The notes below the pieces were generated by a model. That model was not told the origin of the DNA and did not search any database. It worked only from the letters and a program-made list of their open reading frames with translations. A DNA stretch of 64,000 nucleotides, from NCBI GenBank assembly GCA_963664815.2, contig CAXXHB010000002.1, forward strand, positions 448,001-512,000, written 5' to 3'. A program made the translations under genes and the position numbers. Below are positions 10,140 to 22,400 of this stretch, piece by piece (position 1 is the stretch's first letter; each line of letters begins with the position of its first letter). Origin of the DNA: Spirochaetota bacterium (GTDB lineage Bacteria > Spirochaetota > UBA4802 > UBA5550).

Positions 10140-11865
10140 TATCATGTGCAGGAATCGCGAGACAAATAAATTTTCAGGTATGCTTATATCATTAATTATT
10201 ATAATGATGTATGGTCTCTCTGTTACTGTTTATTCCGGCTATCCAGGACCGGGAATTATACTGAATTCATTTTTATCTTTATCCGCTATTGTATCAGTTC
10301 CATTGTATATTATTTTTTATAACAGGAAGAAACAGAAAGCAGCAGAGACTACTGTAATTTTTTTTACTGTTGTAAACAGTCTTTACATTTTCATTGCGGG
10401 AGAAGTCTGGATAATTTTTAAAACAGATATCACTTTTTCCGTTACGTTTTTTATCCTTGAAAATGCAGGAATACTCATTTCAGATATAAAATCTGTTATA
10501 TTTCTTATTTCCCCTTTTCATCTTGGGTTCTTTCTGTTAATATCCGCAGCTGTGATTGTGTTTATTTTTTATACTGAAAAGAATGGATCATGGATAGATT
10601 TTATTCCTGATAAGGTTGTATACGTTTTTTTTATCATTCCTGCACTTGTGCTGATAATCAATTCAGCTGCTGGCACTTTTGTGGATATCAGCGGGAAAGA
10701 AAATGAATTCCATGGCATAAATTTTTCAAAGTACGCGAAAAAAAAATATGCCGGGGAGGGCCATTTCAGAAAAAGATTCGGGTTCAATATTTCGGGAAAT
10801 CCGGATATTGTGGTATTCATTCTTGAAAGTGTTGGAGCTGATTATGCTGATTTAAAAAGTACAGATGTTTTCGGACGGAGTGAGCATACGCTTAATATAG
10901 ATAATTTCTTCGTACCTGTACCACATACCTCAAATTCTATATATTCCCTGATAACAGGAAATTATAGCGACTATCGTGTAAGGCAGAGGCTTTCACGGGA
11001 TGATATAATGAATTCTCTTCCGGCGGTATTGAAAAAAACAGGCTATAAATCATACTTTTTATACTCTGGTCCGGTTTATTTTGAAGATATTAATTACATA
11101 CTTGATGGTGCTGGATTTGAAGTATTTGATATGGAATACTTTAAAACAAAAACAGATCCGGCAACGGGTCTGCCATACAACTCTTTTTCATGGGGAGTTG
11201 AAGATATGGCAATTCTGAATGAAATACCATCAATATTGGCAGGGAAATCATATCCTGTTTTTTTATGTATTGGTTTCTCTTCAACTCATTCCCCTTATTT
11301 TAATCCTGTTCCAGGAAAATTCAACAGGTATGATAACAGTACTGCTGAAGGGCGTTACAGAAACTGTATAGAATATGAACTGGATGTTGCAGCACAGATT
11401 GTTAAACTGATGAAAGGGAGAAACCGGAACACAATTTTTATCATTACAGGTGACCATGGTGAATCCTTTGGGGAGTATGGGTATCTGCGGCACGGTTTTT
11501 CTCTCTACAACACGGAGATAAAAGTTCCATTTAGTATGAACCATCCGCTGCTTTCAAATGTAAAAACACCTGATGCCGGGTCTATACTCGACATATATCC
11601 GACGCTGCTTGATCTGCTTGGTATTGAACAGCCTGTGGAAGTAAACGGTAAATCGCTTTTCAGCTACGGCTACAGTCTTAACCTTTTTTTGAGGTCATGG
11701 AAAACCGGTGAAAGCAGGGGGATGATTCATGGCAACACAAAGTTTTTATATAATAAAAACTCAGACATTCTTTATGAAATGGATATAATGGATAATATAA
11801 AAAGCAGCATTTCAGTTTCAGCAGAGAAAAATTCTTTTATACGCTTTCTGGATAAACAATATTGA
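10120..11865 (+). CDS. Membrane-anchored sulfatase/LTA-synthase-like (alkaline phosphatase superfamily) protein
   Basis: About 5 N-terminal TM helices, then ILES, HTSNS (Thr nucleophile), H.PY, TGDHGE and D..PT.LD. True start uncertain (TTG 10120 or ATG 10144). Confidence 0.8.
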   Translation: MNFQLNNIMCRNRETNKFSGMLISLIIIMMYGLSVTVYSGYPGPGIILNSFLSLSAIVSVPLYIIFYNRKKQKAAETTVIFFTVVNSLYIFIAGEVWIIFKTDITFSVTFFILENAGILISDIKSVIFLISPFHLGFFLLISAAVIVFIFYTEKNGSWIDFIPDKVVYVFFIIPALVLIINSAAGTFVDISGKENEFHGINFSKYAKKKYAGEGHFRKRFGFNISGNPDIVVFILESVGADYADLKSTDVFGRSEHTLNIDNFFVPVPHTSNSIYSLITGNYSDYRVRQRLSRDDIMNSLPAVLKKTGYKSYFLYSGPVYFEDINYILDGAGFEVFDMEYFKTKTDPATGLPYNSFSWGVEDMAILNEIPSILAGKSYPVFLCIGFSSTHSPYFNPVPGKFNRYDNSTAEGRYRNCIEYELDVAAQIVKLMKGRNRNTIFIITGDHGESFGEYGYLRHGFSLYNTEIKVPFSMNHPLLSNVKTPDAGSILDIYPTLLDLLGIEQPVEVNGKSLFSYGYSLNLFLRSWKTGESRGMIHGNTKFLYNKNSDILYEMDIMDNIKSSISVSAEKNSFIRFLDKQY

Positions 11866-11890
11866 TGATTTTAATCAAAGTTATATTAAT

Positions 11891-11921
11891 AAAAAAGACC
11901 AGCCTTTTTATGAGGCTGGTC
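11891..11921 (-). terminator. Intrinsic terminator (minus strand, possibly bidirectional)
   Basis: GACCAGCCT-loop-AGGCTGGTC hairpin with an A6 tract on its left, between convergent genes. Confidence 0.65.
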
Positions 11922-11967
11922 ACAGACTTTCAATTAAGGAGGTTTTATGAGTAAGACTTATGATACC

Positions 11968-12111
11968 TTAAGATCTTCCATCATCACAGGGCTCATCATT
12001 ATTGCTGTTTCTTGCCATTTCGGGATTATCGGCTGTTACACACTTATCCAGTTCAATAATCTCTTTTTTTAATTTATCAGATTTTATTGATTTTTCAAAT
12101 TTTTCTTCCAT
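11968..12111 (-). CDS. Small 47-aa hypothetical protein
   Basis: Manual translation MEEKFEKSIKSDKLKKEIIELDKCVTADNPEMARNSNNDEPCDDGRS*; AGAGGT RBS upstream and terminator downstream. Confidence 0.65.
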   Translation of the reverse strand: MEEKFEKSIKSDKLKKEIIELDKCVTADNPEMARNSNNDEPCDDGRS

Positions 12112-12379
12112 AAAAATACCTCTTTTATAATTGTTTCATATAATTACAGGTGTTCTTTCGAGCATCTGAAAATTGTATTTTTATTTTATACAATCATAGA
12201 TATAATATATAAGATTTTAATAAAATAGTCAAATGCTGAAGTAACAAAAGTCATTTTTTTATACTTTTTATGAAATAAAAAATTTTATTAATAGAAATTA
12301 AATGTTATTGCTCGGATTAATCTGCTTTTTAAACTGATGGAAAACTGAATAATTGTAATAAACTGAATTATTGTAATAA

Positions 12380-12655
12380 ATGGAAAAGAAAGCGGTATTT
12401 GATATCATTGCATCCCCCAAATCTTCACGAAGCGAAGTGAAGGTTGACTTATCAGGGAATATCAGGATTTACCTGAACTCCCCCCCAGTCGATGGAAAGG
12501 CAAACGCTGAATGTATTAATCTGCTCTCAAAAAAACTGAAAACATCTAAATCTAACATTGTAATAGAAAAAGGGGATCATGGAAAAAACAAGAGAATCTC
12601 AGTGTCAGGAATATCTTTAGAAGAAGTGATTATGAGAATTAAAGGTGAGAATTAG
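12380..12655 (+). CDS. DUF167 (YggU-like) protein
   Basis: P.SSR...PPVDGKAN.E....L.K.L......I.I.KG..G.NK motif. Confidence 0.9.
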   Translation: MEKKAVFDIIASPKSSRSEVKVDLSGNIRIYLNSPPVDGKANAECINLLSKKLKTSKSNIVIEKGDHGKNKRISVSGISLEEVIMRIKGEN

Positions 12656-12657
12656 TA

Positions 12658-13524
12658 ATGAGTAAAATTAATAGAAAGATCGGATTTCACCTGTCGGCAG
12701 CCGGCGGAGTACACATGGCTGTTGAGAGAGCTGGAGAACTGGGAATAAATGCCCTGCAGGTATTTTTAAAGAATTCCAACAGATGGACATCTCCCCCTTT
12801 TTCTGAGAAAGACATACTCCTGTTCAGGGAGAAGTGGAAACTTTTTCCTGAACTGTCAGTTACAGCTCATACAGGGTATCTTATTAATCCTGCAGGAGAC
12901 GGGGAGAATCTTGAAAAATCAATGATACTCCTGAAAGACGAGTTAAATCGGGCAGATAAACTGGGTATCCGATACCTTGTTCTTCATCCCGGTAATCATA
13001 AAGACAAAGGTATAGATGAAGGGATTAAGTGTATTTCCAGAAATCTTGATGAAGTTTTTTCCGGAGATGAATCTTCTGTAGAGATACTTCTTGAAACTAC
13101 AGCGGGACAGGGATCTTCAGTCGGGCACAGGTTTGAACATATCAGGGATATAATGGCGGCCAGTAAATTTCAGCACAGGCTTGGTGTTTGTCTTGATACA
13201 TGTCATATATTCGCGGCAGGGTATGATATATCCACAAAAGAGGTTTATAGTAAAACAACAGATGAATTTGACAGAGTAATCGGTTTAAATAAATTGAAGC
13301 TGTTTCATCTCAATGATTCAAAAAAGGGGTGTGGTTCGCATGTTGACCGGCATGAACATATTGGTCTTGGTCTTATAGGCAGCGAGGGAATATCCTGTTT
13401 CATTAATGATGAAAGATTTGCCGGAATTGATTTTATAATGGAAACTCCGGATGATGAGGTAAGATCTGACAGTGATAATTTGAAGGTAATATTCTCCCTG
13501 CTCAAATCAGGAACAAAAAGATGA
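12658..13524 (+). CDS. nfo: Endonuclease IV
   Basis: GFHLS, H..YLIN, HPG, LETTAGQG, DTCH, HLNDSK, DRHEHIG and ETP motifs. Confidence 0.95.
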   Translation: MSKINRKIGFHLSAAGGVHMAVERAGELGINALQVFLKNSNRWTSPPFSEKDILLFREKWKLFPELSVTAHTGYLINPAGDGENLEKSMILLKDELNRADKLGIRYLVLHPGNHKDKGIDEGIKCISRNLDEVFSGDESSVEILLETTAGQGSSVGHRFEHIRDIMAASKFQHRLGVCLDTCHIFAAGYDISTKEVYSKTTDEFDRVIGLNKLKLFHLNDSKKGCGSHVDRHEHIGLGLIGSEGISCFINDERFAGIDFIMETPDDEVRSDSDNLKVIFSLLKSGTKR

Positions 13525-14393
13525 GGAAACAGCTTTTAGCCGATCTTTCACTTCTTGTTGTTGTAACAGTATGGGGTTATACATTTGTTGCAATTAAAAA
13601 TGCACTTTCAGGAATAACTCCGTTTAATTTTATCGCGATAAGATTTATCATTGCTTTGATTATTCTTCTTGTTATTTTCCGGAAAAGGCTTTCAGGGCTT
13701 AACAGAGCAGTTGTCTTTCGCGGAGCTGTTGTTGGTGTTTTTCTTTTTTTTGCATATGCATTTCAGACGGTGGGATTAAAATACACCTCGGCTTCAAATG
13801 CAGGTTTTATAACTGGTTTCAGCGTTGTTCTTGTTCCTGTTTTTTCCGGGGTAATATTAAAAGCAAGACCTTCAATGGAAAGCGTTGCAGGGGTTACCTG
13901 CGCGGTTGTGGGACTGTTTTTTCTGTCTTATAACGGCGGTTACTCTTTAAACAAAGGGGATATTCTTGTTCTTTTTTGCGCTGTTGCGGTAGCCTTTCAT
14001 ATCCTGAGCGTCGGATATTACACAAAGAGAACGGATTCCATTCTTCTTACTATTGTACAGGTTGGAACAGTAACCATTCTTTCGGTAATTTTTGCACTTA
14101 TATTTGAGAAACCGGTTATGCCTCGCGGATCAGTTGTATGGCAGGCAATTTTAATTACCTCTGTTTTCGCAACCGTGGTGGCATACCTTGTGCAAAATAT
14201 AATGCAGCGCTTTACAAGTTCAACTCATACGGCTCTTATTTTTTCAGGAGAACCGGTTTTTGCAGGAATTTTCGGTTATTTTTTACTTGGAGAAAGATTA
14301 GGCGGATGGTCTGTTCTTGGATGTATTCTTATACTTGCCGGAATGGTAGTAAGTGAGCTGAGGATAACCGTCAAAGACGAAACTGATTCCTGA
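13521..14393 (+). CDS. DMT/EamA family transporter
   Basis: About 10 TM helices in two EamA repeats (WGYTF, SASNAGFI, EPVFA). Confidence 0.9.
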   Translation: MRKQLLADLSLLVVVTVWGYTFVAIKNALSGITPFNFIAIRFIIALIILLVIFRKRLSGLNRAVVFRGAVVGVFLFFAYAFQTVGLKYTSASNAGFITGFSVVLVPVFSGVILKARPSMESVAGVTCAVVGLFFLSYNGGYSLNKGDILVLFCAVAVAFHILSVGYYTKRTDSILLTIVQVGTVTILSVIFALIFEKPVMPRGSVVWQAILITSVFATVVAYLVQNIMQRFTSSTHTALIFSGEPVFAGIFGYFLLGERLGGWSVLGCILILAGMVVSELRITVKDETDS

Positions 14394-14396
14394 GAA

Positions 14397-15725
14397 TTAT
14401 CTCTCTTTGAAATAATCTGAAATGAATCTTCCGGCTTCATCTGCGGGTAGAGGTTTGGCAAAGTAATATCCCTGGGCATAATCACATCCTAAGGATTTAA
14501 GAAGATCAATCTGGGAAATCTCCTCTGTACCCTCCGCTACCACTTTTAACCCGAGATTGTGGGCAAGCCCGATAATTGATTTTACAATTGTTTCACTCTG
14601 ATCGTCAATATGCATCCATTTTACAAAAGACTGGTCTATTTTAATAACATTTACCGGGAAATGCATGAGGTAGCTCAGTGAAGAGTAGCCTGTTCCGAAG
14701 TCGTCCATATACAGCGTGAATTTTTTAGCCCGCAACTCCAGAAGGGCAATGTTTGCCAGTTCAACATCTTCCATGAATGCACTTTCAGTTAATTCAAAGG
14801 CGAGATCCTGTTCATCTACACCAAGTTTATCTGTAATCTCAAAGATATGGCTTGTAAGATTGGGGTGAATGAACTGCTTTGCGGAAAGATTCACATTTAT
14901 TTTTAATGGAGAATCAAAAATAAATTCATCTTTCCATAACTGAATCTGCCTTCCAGCCTCTTCTATTATCCAGAGCCCCAGCGGAAAGATTATTGCTGAT
15001 TTTTCAGCAACGTGAATAAATGAATCGGGCGGAATCAAACCTTCTTCAGGATGAAGAAGTCTTATGAGCGCTTCGAATCCAGACAGCTTACCTGAATTAA
15101 GATCAATTACAGGCTGGTAGAATAATCTGAAATATCCGTTATCGTAAGCGTTCCATAATTTTTTTTCTATCAGCCTGTGGCTGTTTATTGTTTCTGAATG
15201 TATTATTTTATTTTTTTTGGTTTCCAGGTTGATCCTGTTTCTCAGATTATTTTTAACTATCCTGTTCTGAATTACAAGATTTGATATAAGTGAATTATCT
15301 TTTTCACTGAAGGATTTTTGCGGCGATATGAAGTCTGTTTCTTCGGCTGAATCTTCTGTAGAAAGGAATTTATCGATAAGGCTGATGAAACTTTTTTTGC
15401 TCATAGGGAATGTAATAATTTTTGCAATTTCATTTTTCAAAAGGAAATAATACAAATCCTCTTCACTGCGGTTTACAATGACAGATAATTGTTTTTGAAA
15501 GGATTTTGAAATTTCTTTTAGTTCAGTAATCTGATTTTCGTAATCCTTCATAGCAGCGGAGACAGCAGCGAACAGCATGTCGGGTTGAAAACTTTCAATA
15601 AAAGCTTCAGTATCATTTAAATCGCAGAATTCGGAAATCAGCTGAGTGTTGTCGAGATGTTTTTTTATCTCTGCTTCAATCTTTTCACTTATTCCGCAGA
15701 AAAGCAGTTTTTTGTCTTTATACAT
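14397..15725 (-). CDS. EAL-domain c-di-GMP phosphodiesterase with degenerate receiver-like N-terminus
   Basis: YQP, EALIR, NVNLS, ELTE, DDFGTGYSSL, KID, AEG and QGY motifs. Confidence 0.9.
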   Translation of the reverse strand: MYKDKKLLFCGISEKIEAEIKKHLDNTQLISEFCDLNDTEAFIESFQPDMLFAAVSAAMKDYENQITELKEISKSFQKQLSVIVNRSEEDLYYFLLKNEIAKIITFPMSKKSFISLIDKFLSTEDSAEETDFISPQKSFSEKDNSLISNLVIQNRIVKNNLRNRINLETKKNKIIHSETINSHRLIEKKLWNAYDNGYFRLFYQPVIDLNSGKLSGFEALIRLLHPEEGLIPPDSFIHVAEKSAIIFPLGLWIIEEAGRQIQLWKDEFIFDSPLKINVNLSAKQFIHPNLTSHIFEITDKLGVDEQDLAFELTESAFMEDVELANIALLELRAKKFTLYMDDFGTGYSSLSYLMHFPVNVIKIDQSFVKWMHIDDQSETIVKSIIGLAHNLGLKVVAEGTEEISQIDLLKSLGCDYAQGYYFAKPLPADEAGRFISDYFKER

Positions 15726-15985
15726 ATCTACATTATAATTAAATATCTTTCTGATTTATACTACTTTTTGATTATAAATTTAATTTTTTATCAGTATAAA
15801 TTTTAAAAAAAGAGTTATGAAAAAGATTTTGTAAATTTTAAAACAGGAATTCCTGAAGTGGAATGTTCATTATTTTGACTTTGTCCGTCAATAATCTGGT
15901 GCTGATTATAATATATTAAAAAGAGCATGGGTGTGCTAAATAGAATACATTCATAAATAATAAGGATAAAAAAGAGTAATTCTTA

Positions 15986-16015
15986 TTGACATTTTAAGAA
16001 TAAAAATATTAATAT
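15986..16015 (+). promoter_or_regulatory. Putative sigma70 promoter for the toxin locus
   Basis: TTGACA-18nt-TAATAT upstream of ORF 16047; the AT-rich context lowers specificity. Confidence 0.35.
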
Positions 16016-16046
16016 TTTTTAAATATATAAAGGAAACCATGCTTTT

Positions 16047-16412
16047 ATGAATAATTTTTTTAAAACATCAATCTGTGCAGTGTTAATAATGGGTATAATG
16101 ACAGCGGCAGTTGCAATGGACCCGAAGGTAAGTATAAAATTCACCTCTGAAGAGCTTGCCCTTTGTATAAATATTCTTAACACTATTGACCTCAGAGGCG
16201 ATGAGGTAATGCCGTTCATAGATATCAAGAATCTTCTTGTAGATGAATACAAGAGTGTAAGTTCAGATAAAAAAAAGTCGGTTGAAATTGATTTCCCCCT
16301 TCCAATGGCGAAAAATTTTCTTTTCTTTATGCAGAGGGCCAAGCTTAAAGGGGCTGAAGCGGAGATCTTTAACGACATATGCAATAAAATGATCAAGGCC
16401 ATAAAAAAGTAA
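16047..16412 (+). CDS. Exported hypothetical protein with an internal duplication
   Basis: Signal peptide (..TAAVA-M) and two similar ~37-aa units; lies directly upstream of the FHA-like gene. Confidence 0.75.
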   Translation: MNNFFKTSICAVLIMGIMTAAVAMDPKVSIKFTSEELALCINILNTIDLRGDEVMPFIDIKNLLVDEYKSVSSDKKKSVEIDFPLPMAKNFLFFMQRAKLKGAEAEIFNDICNKMIKAIKK

Positions 16413-16492
16413 CCAGGGAGTTATCTGATTTAAAAAAAATATAAAACCGGACATACATAAACAAACCGGTAAAGGGCACCTGTTGAAAAAAC

Positions 16493-19400
16493 ATGTTACC
16501 CGGGAAGATAAGTGTTATGAAAAGGTTAAAAGAGATCTTAAAGCAATTACTTGTACTTCTGCTGGCAGGTGAGATGTGTACCTTTGCACTGCCTCCATTA
16601 TACGCTGCGGATATAACTGTCGATACCTCGGCGGCGAACAAGCCCACTCTGGATACCGCACAGAACGGCGTAACAGTAGTAAACCTCGCAACAGCAAACT
16701 CAAACGGCGTTTCGCACAACATGTTTCAGAACTATAATGTAGGTACCGGCGGCGTAATACTCAACAACTCCGTAAATATGGGTGTGTCTGTTCTGGGGGG
16801 CGCCATGTATGGGAATCCCAATTACCAGAGCAGCGGCGTCGCCGCCTCTCTTGTAATAAACGAAGTGACGGGCACCGGAAGAAGCAGCCTGCTGGGAGCC
16901 ACGGAGATGTTTGGTAAATCTGCGGAATTTGTCCTTGTAAACCCCAACGGTATAATGTGCAACGGTGCCTCATTTATCAATATGCCCAGGGTAACCCTGG
17001 CCACAGGGAGGGCTGTCTTCGATTCCGATGTCTTTAAAGGCATAGATATAAGCGGCGGTTCACTGATAGTTGAGGGGAAGGGGATAGATGCCGGGCAGGT
17101 GAACTATTTTGAAATAGTATCAAGGGTAGCCTCCCTTAACGGCGGCATATGGGGAAAGGATGTAAGCATAAATACGGGAACCGGGTTTTATAACTATAAT
17201 GACAAAACATTTACACAGAAGGATACAGGCGAACCGAAACCTGAGATAGGGATTGACGCCTCCGCCCTTGGAAGCATATATGCAGGGCGAATTACAGTGG
17301 TAAGCAATGAGAAGGGCGTTGGCGTAAAATCGGACGGTGATATGGTTGCCGATGTATCGGATATAAAAATATCGGCTGACGGCAATATTGAACTGAAAAA
17401 TGCACAGTCTGCGAAAAATGTAACAGTAACCTCCATTTCAGGTGATATAAAACAGAACGGCAATACCTTTGCCATGGAGAATGCAGGCTATTCCGCTAAA
17501 AATATAACCAACAGGGGGAGCATAAAGGCCCTTAAGGATATATCGCTGGCAGGGTTAATTGACAATAACGGGGGGAAAATAGCCTCCTCGGGGAATATAG
17601 ATATAGCCGCAACAGGAACTCTCGACAATAACGGCGGGAGTATTACAACAGCTGGTGAAAACGGCACAATAAGCATACATGGTAACGGCAGCCTTGACAT
17701 ACTTGGCGGAGAGATAAAGTCTGCCGGTAATATCGGGATAGATATGACCGGAAACGTTACCCTGAACAGCGGAATATCTTCCATATATGCAGAGAAGCAC
17801 CTCGGCATATCCTCTGCTGACTTTACAAACAACATTAACCTCTCAATGAACGGAGCAATAGGGATAAACGCCTCCGGTAATATAGTCAACAGCAGCGGAA
17901 GCAGCATTGTTTCAAAACAGGGGGTGTCAATATCATCCGGCGGTAATATTGTCAACAGCGGCATTATAAGCAGCGCATCAGATATGGCTATAAATGGGAA
18001 AAATATAAGTAATTATAAAGAAATATCATCGGGAAATGATCTTGCTATACACGCAGATACAATTCTTAACAGCGGAGCCCTGATATTTTCAGGCAACAAG
18101 ATGACTATTGAGACAGGTTCCCTTAAAAATACCAGGAACGGCCTTAATGAGAGCTATATATATTCTATGGGAGATATGACAATTACAGGTACCGCTCCAA
18201 CAGGGAACAGTATATATAATTATTCCTCAAATATTGAATCTGAAAAAAACATGTCAATAAACCTTGGAGCAGACGGCAGGCTTGAAAATACGGGGGAGGA
18301 TACCTACGGGTATACCACAACACTTGTTCATGTAGGGGACTATGGGGATGAATGCTGGGCTGTAATGGATCAATATGTGCTCTCCCAGTCTCTGATGCAT
18401 ACTGATTACTCCACTATTAAGGCGGGTGGAAATCTGGACATTACATCCGGAGAGGTTAAAAACCATGGAAGCGTAATATCCGCAGGAGCTGATATTACAA
18501 TAAATGCAGCCACTCTTATAAATGAAACAAACAACAGGAATGAATATGTAGCGCAGCTTAATTATATGGGGCATAAACATCACTGGACAGAAACAATTTG
18601 CGGCTGGGGCTGGACAGAATATGATGAAGGGGATGATTATTCGGAAGTGTGGGAAGCCGGATACATTAATGTAGTATCCAATGATAAAGCCATTATAAGC
18701 GCCGGCGGAAAAGTTACTTTAACAGGCGGTGCGGTTAACAATGGATTTGTAGAGGAGAATAAGCCGGGAGTTGTACTATCCGGAAATACTGTTGATAAGG
18801 CATATGAAGCAATTGCAAATAATGGAGCCATTGATCTTTCTCAAAATATAAATATAAACAATGACGGAAACGCTCTTTTTACAGTAAACAGCGCTCCAGG
18901 TTCGACCTACCTTATAGAAACAAGAAATGAATTCATAGATGTAGAAAAGCTTAAGGGTTCACAGTATCTGCTGACCAGGATAGGATTTAACCCTGAAAAG
19001 GATGTGAAATTTCTTGGTGATGCGTTTTATGAGCAGAAGCTTGTTACGGAATCCATCCTTAAAGCCACTTCAAACAGGTACCTTGACGAGAGTATAAAGA
19101 GCGACCAGGAGCAGATGACATGGCTTCTTGACAACGCAGCCAGCGCCTACAGGGATCTTGAACTTGCAGTGGGAGTTGAACTGAGCAAAGACCAGATAAA
19201 CAGGCTGCAGCAGCCAATTATATGGTATGTGGAAGATGAGGTAATGGGCCAGAAAGTTCTTGTACCGAAGATATATATACCTGAACATATAATAGAGGGA
19301 TTTTCAAAGAACAGCAGTTCAACAATAGCGGGTAATTCGGTTAATATCAATGCTGATGGCAATGTAGGCAATGCCGGCAGGATTGAAGGGAAAAGCTCTG

Positions 19401-22400
19401 TGGAAATAACCGCGAATGGCAATATAACAAATAGCGGGGGAACAATAAAAAGCGGCGGTTCCCTTACCCTTACAGCAGTAAATGGAAATATTATAAATGA
19501 AACAGAAGTAAGCACTGCAGTATATAATCCGGACTATGTAAATACAACCGTTGGTGCAGCAGCATCCATAGAAGCAGGGGGAAAACTGACTGTAAACGCC
19601 GGGGGTAATTTTACAAACAGGGGGGCAGAAGTAAAATCGGGGGGTGACGCGGTAATTGAAGCCGGCGGGAATATAAATTTTGAGACGATTAAGATCAATA
19701 ATACTGTTTATAAGGAAGCTGACGATACAAGCGGAATATCAACTACCTCCGAATCTGCCGGTTCCACGCTTGCATCAGGGGGAAACCTTGTACTTACATC
19801 GGGAAGGGATATAAACTTTGTCGGGAGCAAAGCTGACATTACCGGTAATGCTGAAATAACTACAGCGGGTAATTTTAATCTTCTTAACGACTATGATACC
19901 AGTAGTTATCACGGCACAAAGAAAGAGAATAAAACCTTCAGCAGTGAAACCACAACAGTGGATATGAGTACAAAGACCGTTGTAAGCTCCGGTTTCACAA
20001 CAGGGGGAAACCTTAAGGTAAAGAGCGGAAACGACATAAATATAGTTGGAAGCGATATAAAATCGGGTGGAGATGCCGAACTTGACGCTGAAGGTACCGA
20101 AAGGATAATAGCAGTTCATGACGAATCATACTACAGCAGGACAACGGAAAAGACAGGTTTTGCCACAGGTGGGGCATTATACGGCTCCGAGAAGAAAAGC
20201 GACATGGTGTCGGACAAGACAGTCAGCGGCTCTGCCATTGACATAGCAGGGCAGTACGCATCAAAATCGGGGAAAGATACCGATATAACAGGGAGCACAC
20301 TTAATATAGGGGGCGAAGCCGATATAACCACCGGCGGCAGTTTAAATGTAAGGGCCGCATACAACGAACATGCGGAAGAGCATAAAACAGAGAAGAGCGG
20401 AGTATTGACAACAGACGGCGATCTGTACGCCAAATCGATAGACGCAGCCGGAAACGGAGCAACAACAGCCGCGGGATCTGCAATAACTGCCGGAAAACTT
20501 AAAGCATCCACAGGCGGCGATTTTCTGATGGAGGGGAGCGCCATAAACGCCGGCATTGCGGAATTTGACACAACCGGCAGTTTTACAGAAACAAGCGCAA
20601 AAGAGACAAGCTACGAATACAGCATCCATGAAAAGACCACAATGGGGATAAACATGGACCTGTTTACCAACCCCAAAAACGCCTTTGACTATGACCAGGG
20701 GAGAGCTTCTGTAACGCTTGCAGGGGGGAGCTACGACAGCGTAAAGGAGAGGACAGACAGGGAGACACAGAGCTCATCAAAACTTAATGTATCGGAAGAC
20801 CTTACGGTAAACAGCGGAAAGAATATAACAGTAGCGGGATCTGAGATAAATACCGGTGGAGATGTAACCCTTACGGCGGCAGAAAACGTAAGCATAAAGA
20901 CAACAGAAGAGAAGACAAGCCATACAGCAGAAGAGACTCACGGAAGCGTGGAATTTTCGTTTGGGGGCAAGAATGCCGCAACGGATGTGGCATACGCAAC
21001 AAAGGCTCTGGTAGAGGCAAAGGAAGCAGTTGTAAAGGCAAAGAATGATTATGAGAAATACAGGGAGAGCCTGAAGAAAGCGGAAGATGACCATAAAAAC
21101 AACCTTATAGACCAGGATGATCTGGATTCAATAAGAGAGCAGGAGGCCTTTTACATTGCGAATATAGCGCTCTGCGGGGAGAACGTGGTTGCAAAGACAG
21201 CGGCGCTGCTGCAAAGCGCAGCGGGGGCGGCGGGATCTGCAGAGGCATTCGGCTTCAGCGGAGATGCCCAGTTTGAAATAGACGCCACAAAAACAAAATC
21301 GACATCGGAAAGCACAACTGCAAAGGCATCGACAATAAAAACCGGAGGGAGCTTTACCGTAACAGCGGGGAGCAAAGCGGAGGTAAAGGGGAGCAGCGTG
21401 GCAGCCGGCGAGGATATAACCCTTGACGCAGAGAATGTGGAGATAAGCGCGGCGGAGAACAGAGAGAGCAGCAGCGAAGATAAGAAACATGCCAACATGA
21501 AGGTAAGTTTCGGAACATCGGGAGCAATTGGAGTTAATGCATCAGCAGACAGCACGGAGACAGATAGCGAAAGCAAAACATATACCAACGCACATTTAAG
21601 CGGAAACAACATAAAAATAAAGAGCAGCGAAGACACAACCGTAATCGGCGGAGTGGTAAAGGCGAAAAACGAGCTTGACCTTGATGTAAACGGCTCCCTT
21701 GTGGTACAATCACTGCAGGATAAGAGTAAAAACAGCTCGCAGACCATAGGCGCAAGCGGTGGAGTAAGTGTAACAGGCGAAAACGTATCGGGAAATGCCG
21801 GAGTAAACGCAAACTTCTCCACGGGGAAGAAAAGCTGGGTAACAGAACAGACATCCCTAACCGGCGGGACAGTAAACGTAGACGTTGAAGACAAGACAAC
21901 CCTAAGAGGGGCAGTAATAGCATCAACAACGAACAACCTGACACTTACAACCGGAAGCCTCGAGTTCAGCAACATAAAGGACAAGGACGTATCTTTCAAT
22001 GCAGGTGGAAGCGCAGGCGGCAGCTTCAAACCAACAGAAAATACGTACAGTTCAAGTTTAAACTACGGCTACACAGACAACAGACAGACAAACCTGGCCA
22101 CAATAGGAGCAGGAACAATAACAATAACCAAACCGGAAACATCGGCAGAGGGACTTAACAGAGATGTAACAATATCACAATACAATACATACAGCGGAGG
22201 ACTGAAAGGCGGAGTTACGGTAGATACCGCAACAGTAGAACTGATAAAAGACAGGGAAAAGACCTTATATAATACAGTAGATGCATTGGAAAGTGGATTA
22301 ACTGAAGCAGAGAAAACAGCGAAAAAGGTAGATAAGGAAATTGAAACAACAATTGAGAAGACTGAGAACCTGATTGATGTCGGGGAGTTTGGGCTTAATA

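Noticed and set aside
16465-16505. AAAGGGCACCTGTTGAAAAAACATG, resembling part of a c-di-GMP-I riboswitch
   Set aside because: The second stem and the GCAAA/tetraloop-receptor elements are absent.
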